64,000 bases of DNA from Parcubacteria group bacterium (GTDB lineage: Bacteria; Patescibacteriota; Minisyncoccia; Phycocordibacterales; UBA2135): the NCBI GenBank assembly GCA_016204005.1, contig JACQLS010000001.1, positions 105-64,104 on the forward strand, in the 5' to 3' direction. Both the position numbers and the translations under genes were made by a program. Positions 63,220 through 64,000 of the stretch are shown one piece after another; within the stretch, counting starts at the first letter, position 1; every line of letters begins with the position of its first letter. Under the pieces are notes generated by a model. The model was not told where the DNA came from and ran no database searches. It was given only the letters and a program-made list of their open reading frames with translations.

Positions 63220-64000
63220 CTATCGCTTTGCGATAATACTTTTCTTATATGTTTCGAGGTGCTCCAATGCAATGCCCGTCCCCTTTGCAACACAAAAGAG
63301 TGGGTCTTCGGCGAGATATGCTCTCACTCCGGTCCGACGATAGACCAGTTCTGGAAGATTACGAAGCATCGAGGATCCCCCTGTCATAGTAATGCCGTGG
63401 TCGATAATATCTGCGGCTAACTCTGGCGGTGTCTCCTGAAGCACGTCTTTGATGGCCTTTATAATTTCGCGAAGCTGCGGTTCAATCGCTTTTACGATCT
63501 CGTTTGTCGTCACTTGAACCGACCTCGGGAGTCCGGCAACAAAATCGCGCCCCTTCACGGTAATCAAAAGCTCTTCCTCAAGCGGAATCGCAGAGGCGAT
63601 TTTCATTTTGATTTCTTCCGCTGTCTTATCGCCCACGGCAAGATTGAACGTTTTCTTCACGTAATCAACGATTGCGTTATCAAGCTTGTCTCCGGCGCAT
63701 TTGACCGATTTTGAAGCAACAATACCCCCCAAGGAAATGACAGCGATATCAGTGGTACCACCACCAATATCAACAACCATATGCCCGCGCGCCTCGTGAA
63801 TGGGGATTCCAGCTCCAATGGCAGCAAGAACGGGCTCTTTTACAATATATGCCGCCTTTGCTCCGGCTTTAATCGCCGCTTCAACAACAGCGCGCCGCTC
63901 TGTTGAAGAAACACCGGCGGGCACGGATACCAAAACCTCCGGCTTAAAAATGCCCCATGGCCCGAGCGCCTTATTGATGAAGTAGCGCAACATTGCTTCG
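63220..64000 (-). CDS. second MreB/Mbl-type actin homologue (N-terminus beyond window end)
   Basis: VVDIGGGTTDIAVISLGGIV, KEPVLAAIGAG. The frame is open to base 64000. Confidence 0.9.
   Translation of the reverse strand, partial: EAMLRYFINKALGPWGIFKPEVLVSVPAGVSSTERRAVVEAAIKAGAKAAYIVKEPVLAAIGAGIPIHEARGHMVVDIGGGTTDIAVISLGGIVASKSVKCAGDKLDNAIVDYVKKTFNLAVGDKTAEEIKMKIASAIPLEEELLITVKGRDFVAGLPRSVQVTTNEIVKAIEPQLREIIKAIKDVLQETPPELAADIIDHGITMTGGSSMLRNLPELVYRRTGVRAYLAEDPLFCVAKGTGIALEHLETYKKSIIAKR

Overview
The window is gene-dense, about 50% GC by hand counts, and mostly transcribed on the minus strand. I call about 73 CDS. I recognised no rRNA, tRNA, CRISPR array, transposase or integrase. Most genes are bacterial housekeeping. 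Cell-wall and division genes: murG-ftsW-mraY, mraZ-rsmH-ftsL-ftsI-murF, mreB-mreC-mreD-mrdA, a second mreB, a PBP5-like carboxypeptidase, an M23 peptidase and a lytic transglycosylase. Translation genes: infA-rpmJ-rpsM-rpsK-rpsD-rpoA-rplQ-rplM-rpsI; L9, L27, L31 and L25; gltX, aspS, trpS, lysS and proS; prfA and frr. Others: grpE-dnaK-dnaJ, scpAB, greA, rseP and holB. Many proteins are short versions (L13, RF1, ProRS without an editing domain, HolB) and no biosynthetic genes are visible. This fits a reduced-genome bacterium such as Patescibacteria/CPR, but that is inference only. The main anomaly is a four-gene accessory island at about 12.7-18.45 kb, between a dac-like gene and mraY. It encodes a wHTH+NYN nuclease-like protein, a 203-aa orphan, a beta-CASP metallo-nuclease and a 593-aa orphan with about 65-72% GC and strong GC3 bias. 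Each gene has its own near-consensus sigma70-type promoter and hairpin terminator. A second mini-island (26.0-27.6 kb: heme-oxygenase-like di-iron enzyme plus a high-GC 180-aa orphan) and a high-GC 50-aa membrane peptide gene (62.3 kb) share this architecture. Other signals: three ~124-bp elements bounded by CCCGATAGTG(G/T)T inverted repeats upstream of cell-envelope genes, with arms resembling the GTGG boxes in the mraZ promoter; structured intergenic regions inside the dcw and alpha operons; an L25 gene with no canonical start codon; and a near-leaderless grpE. All calls rest on reading the sequence and the ORF track by eye, with no database searches.
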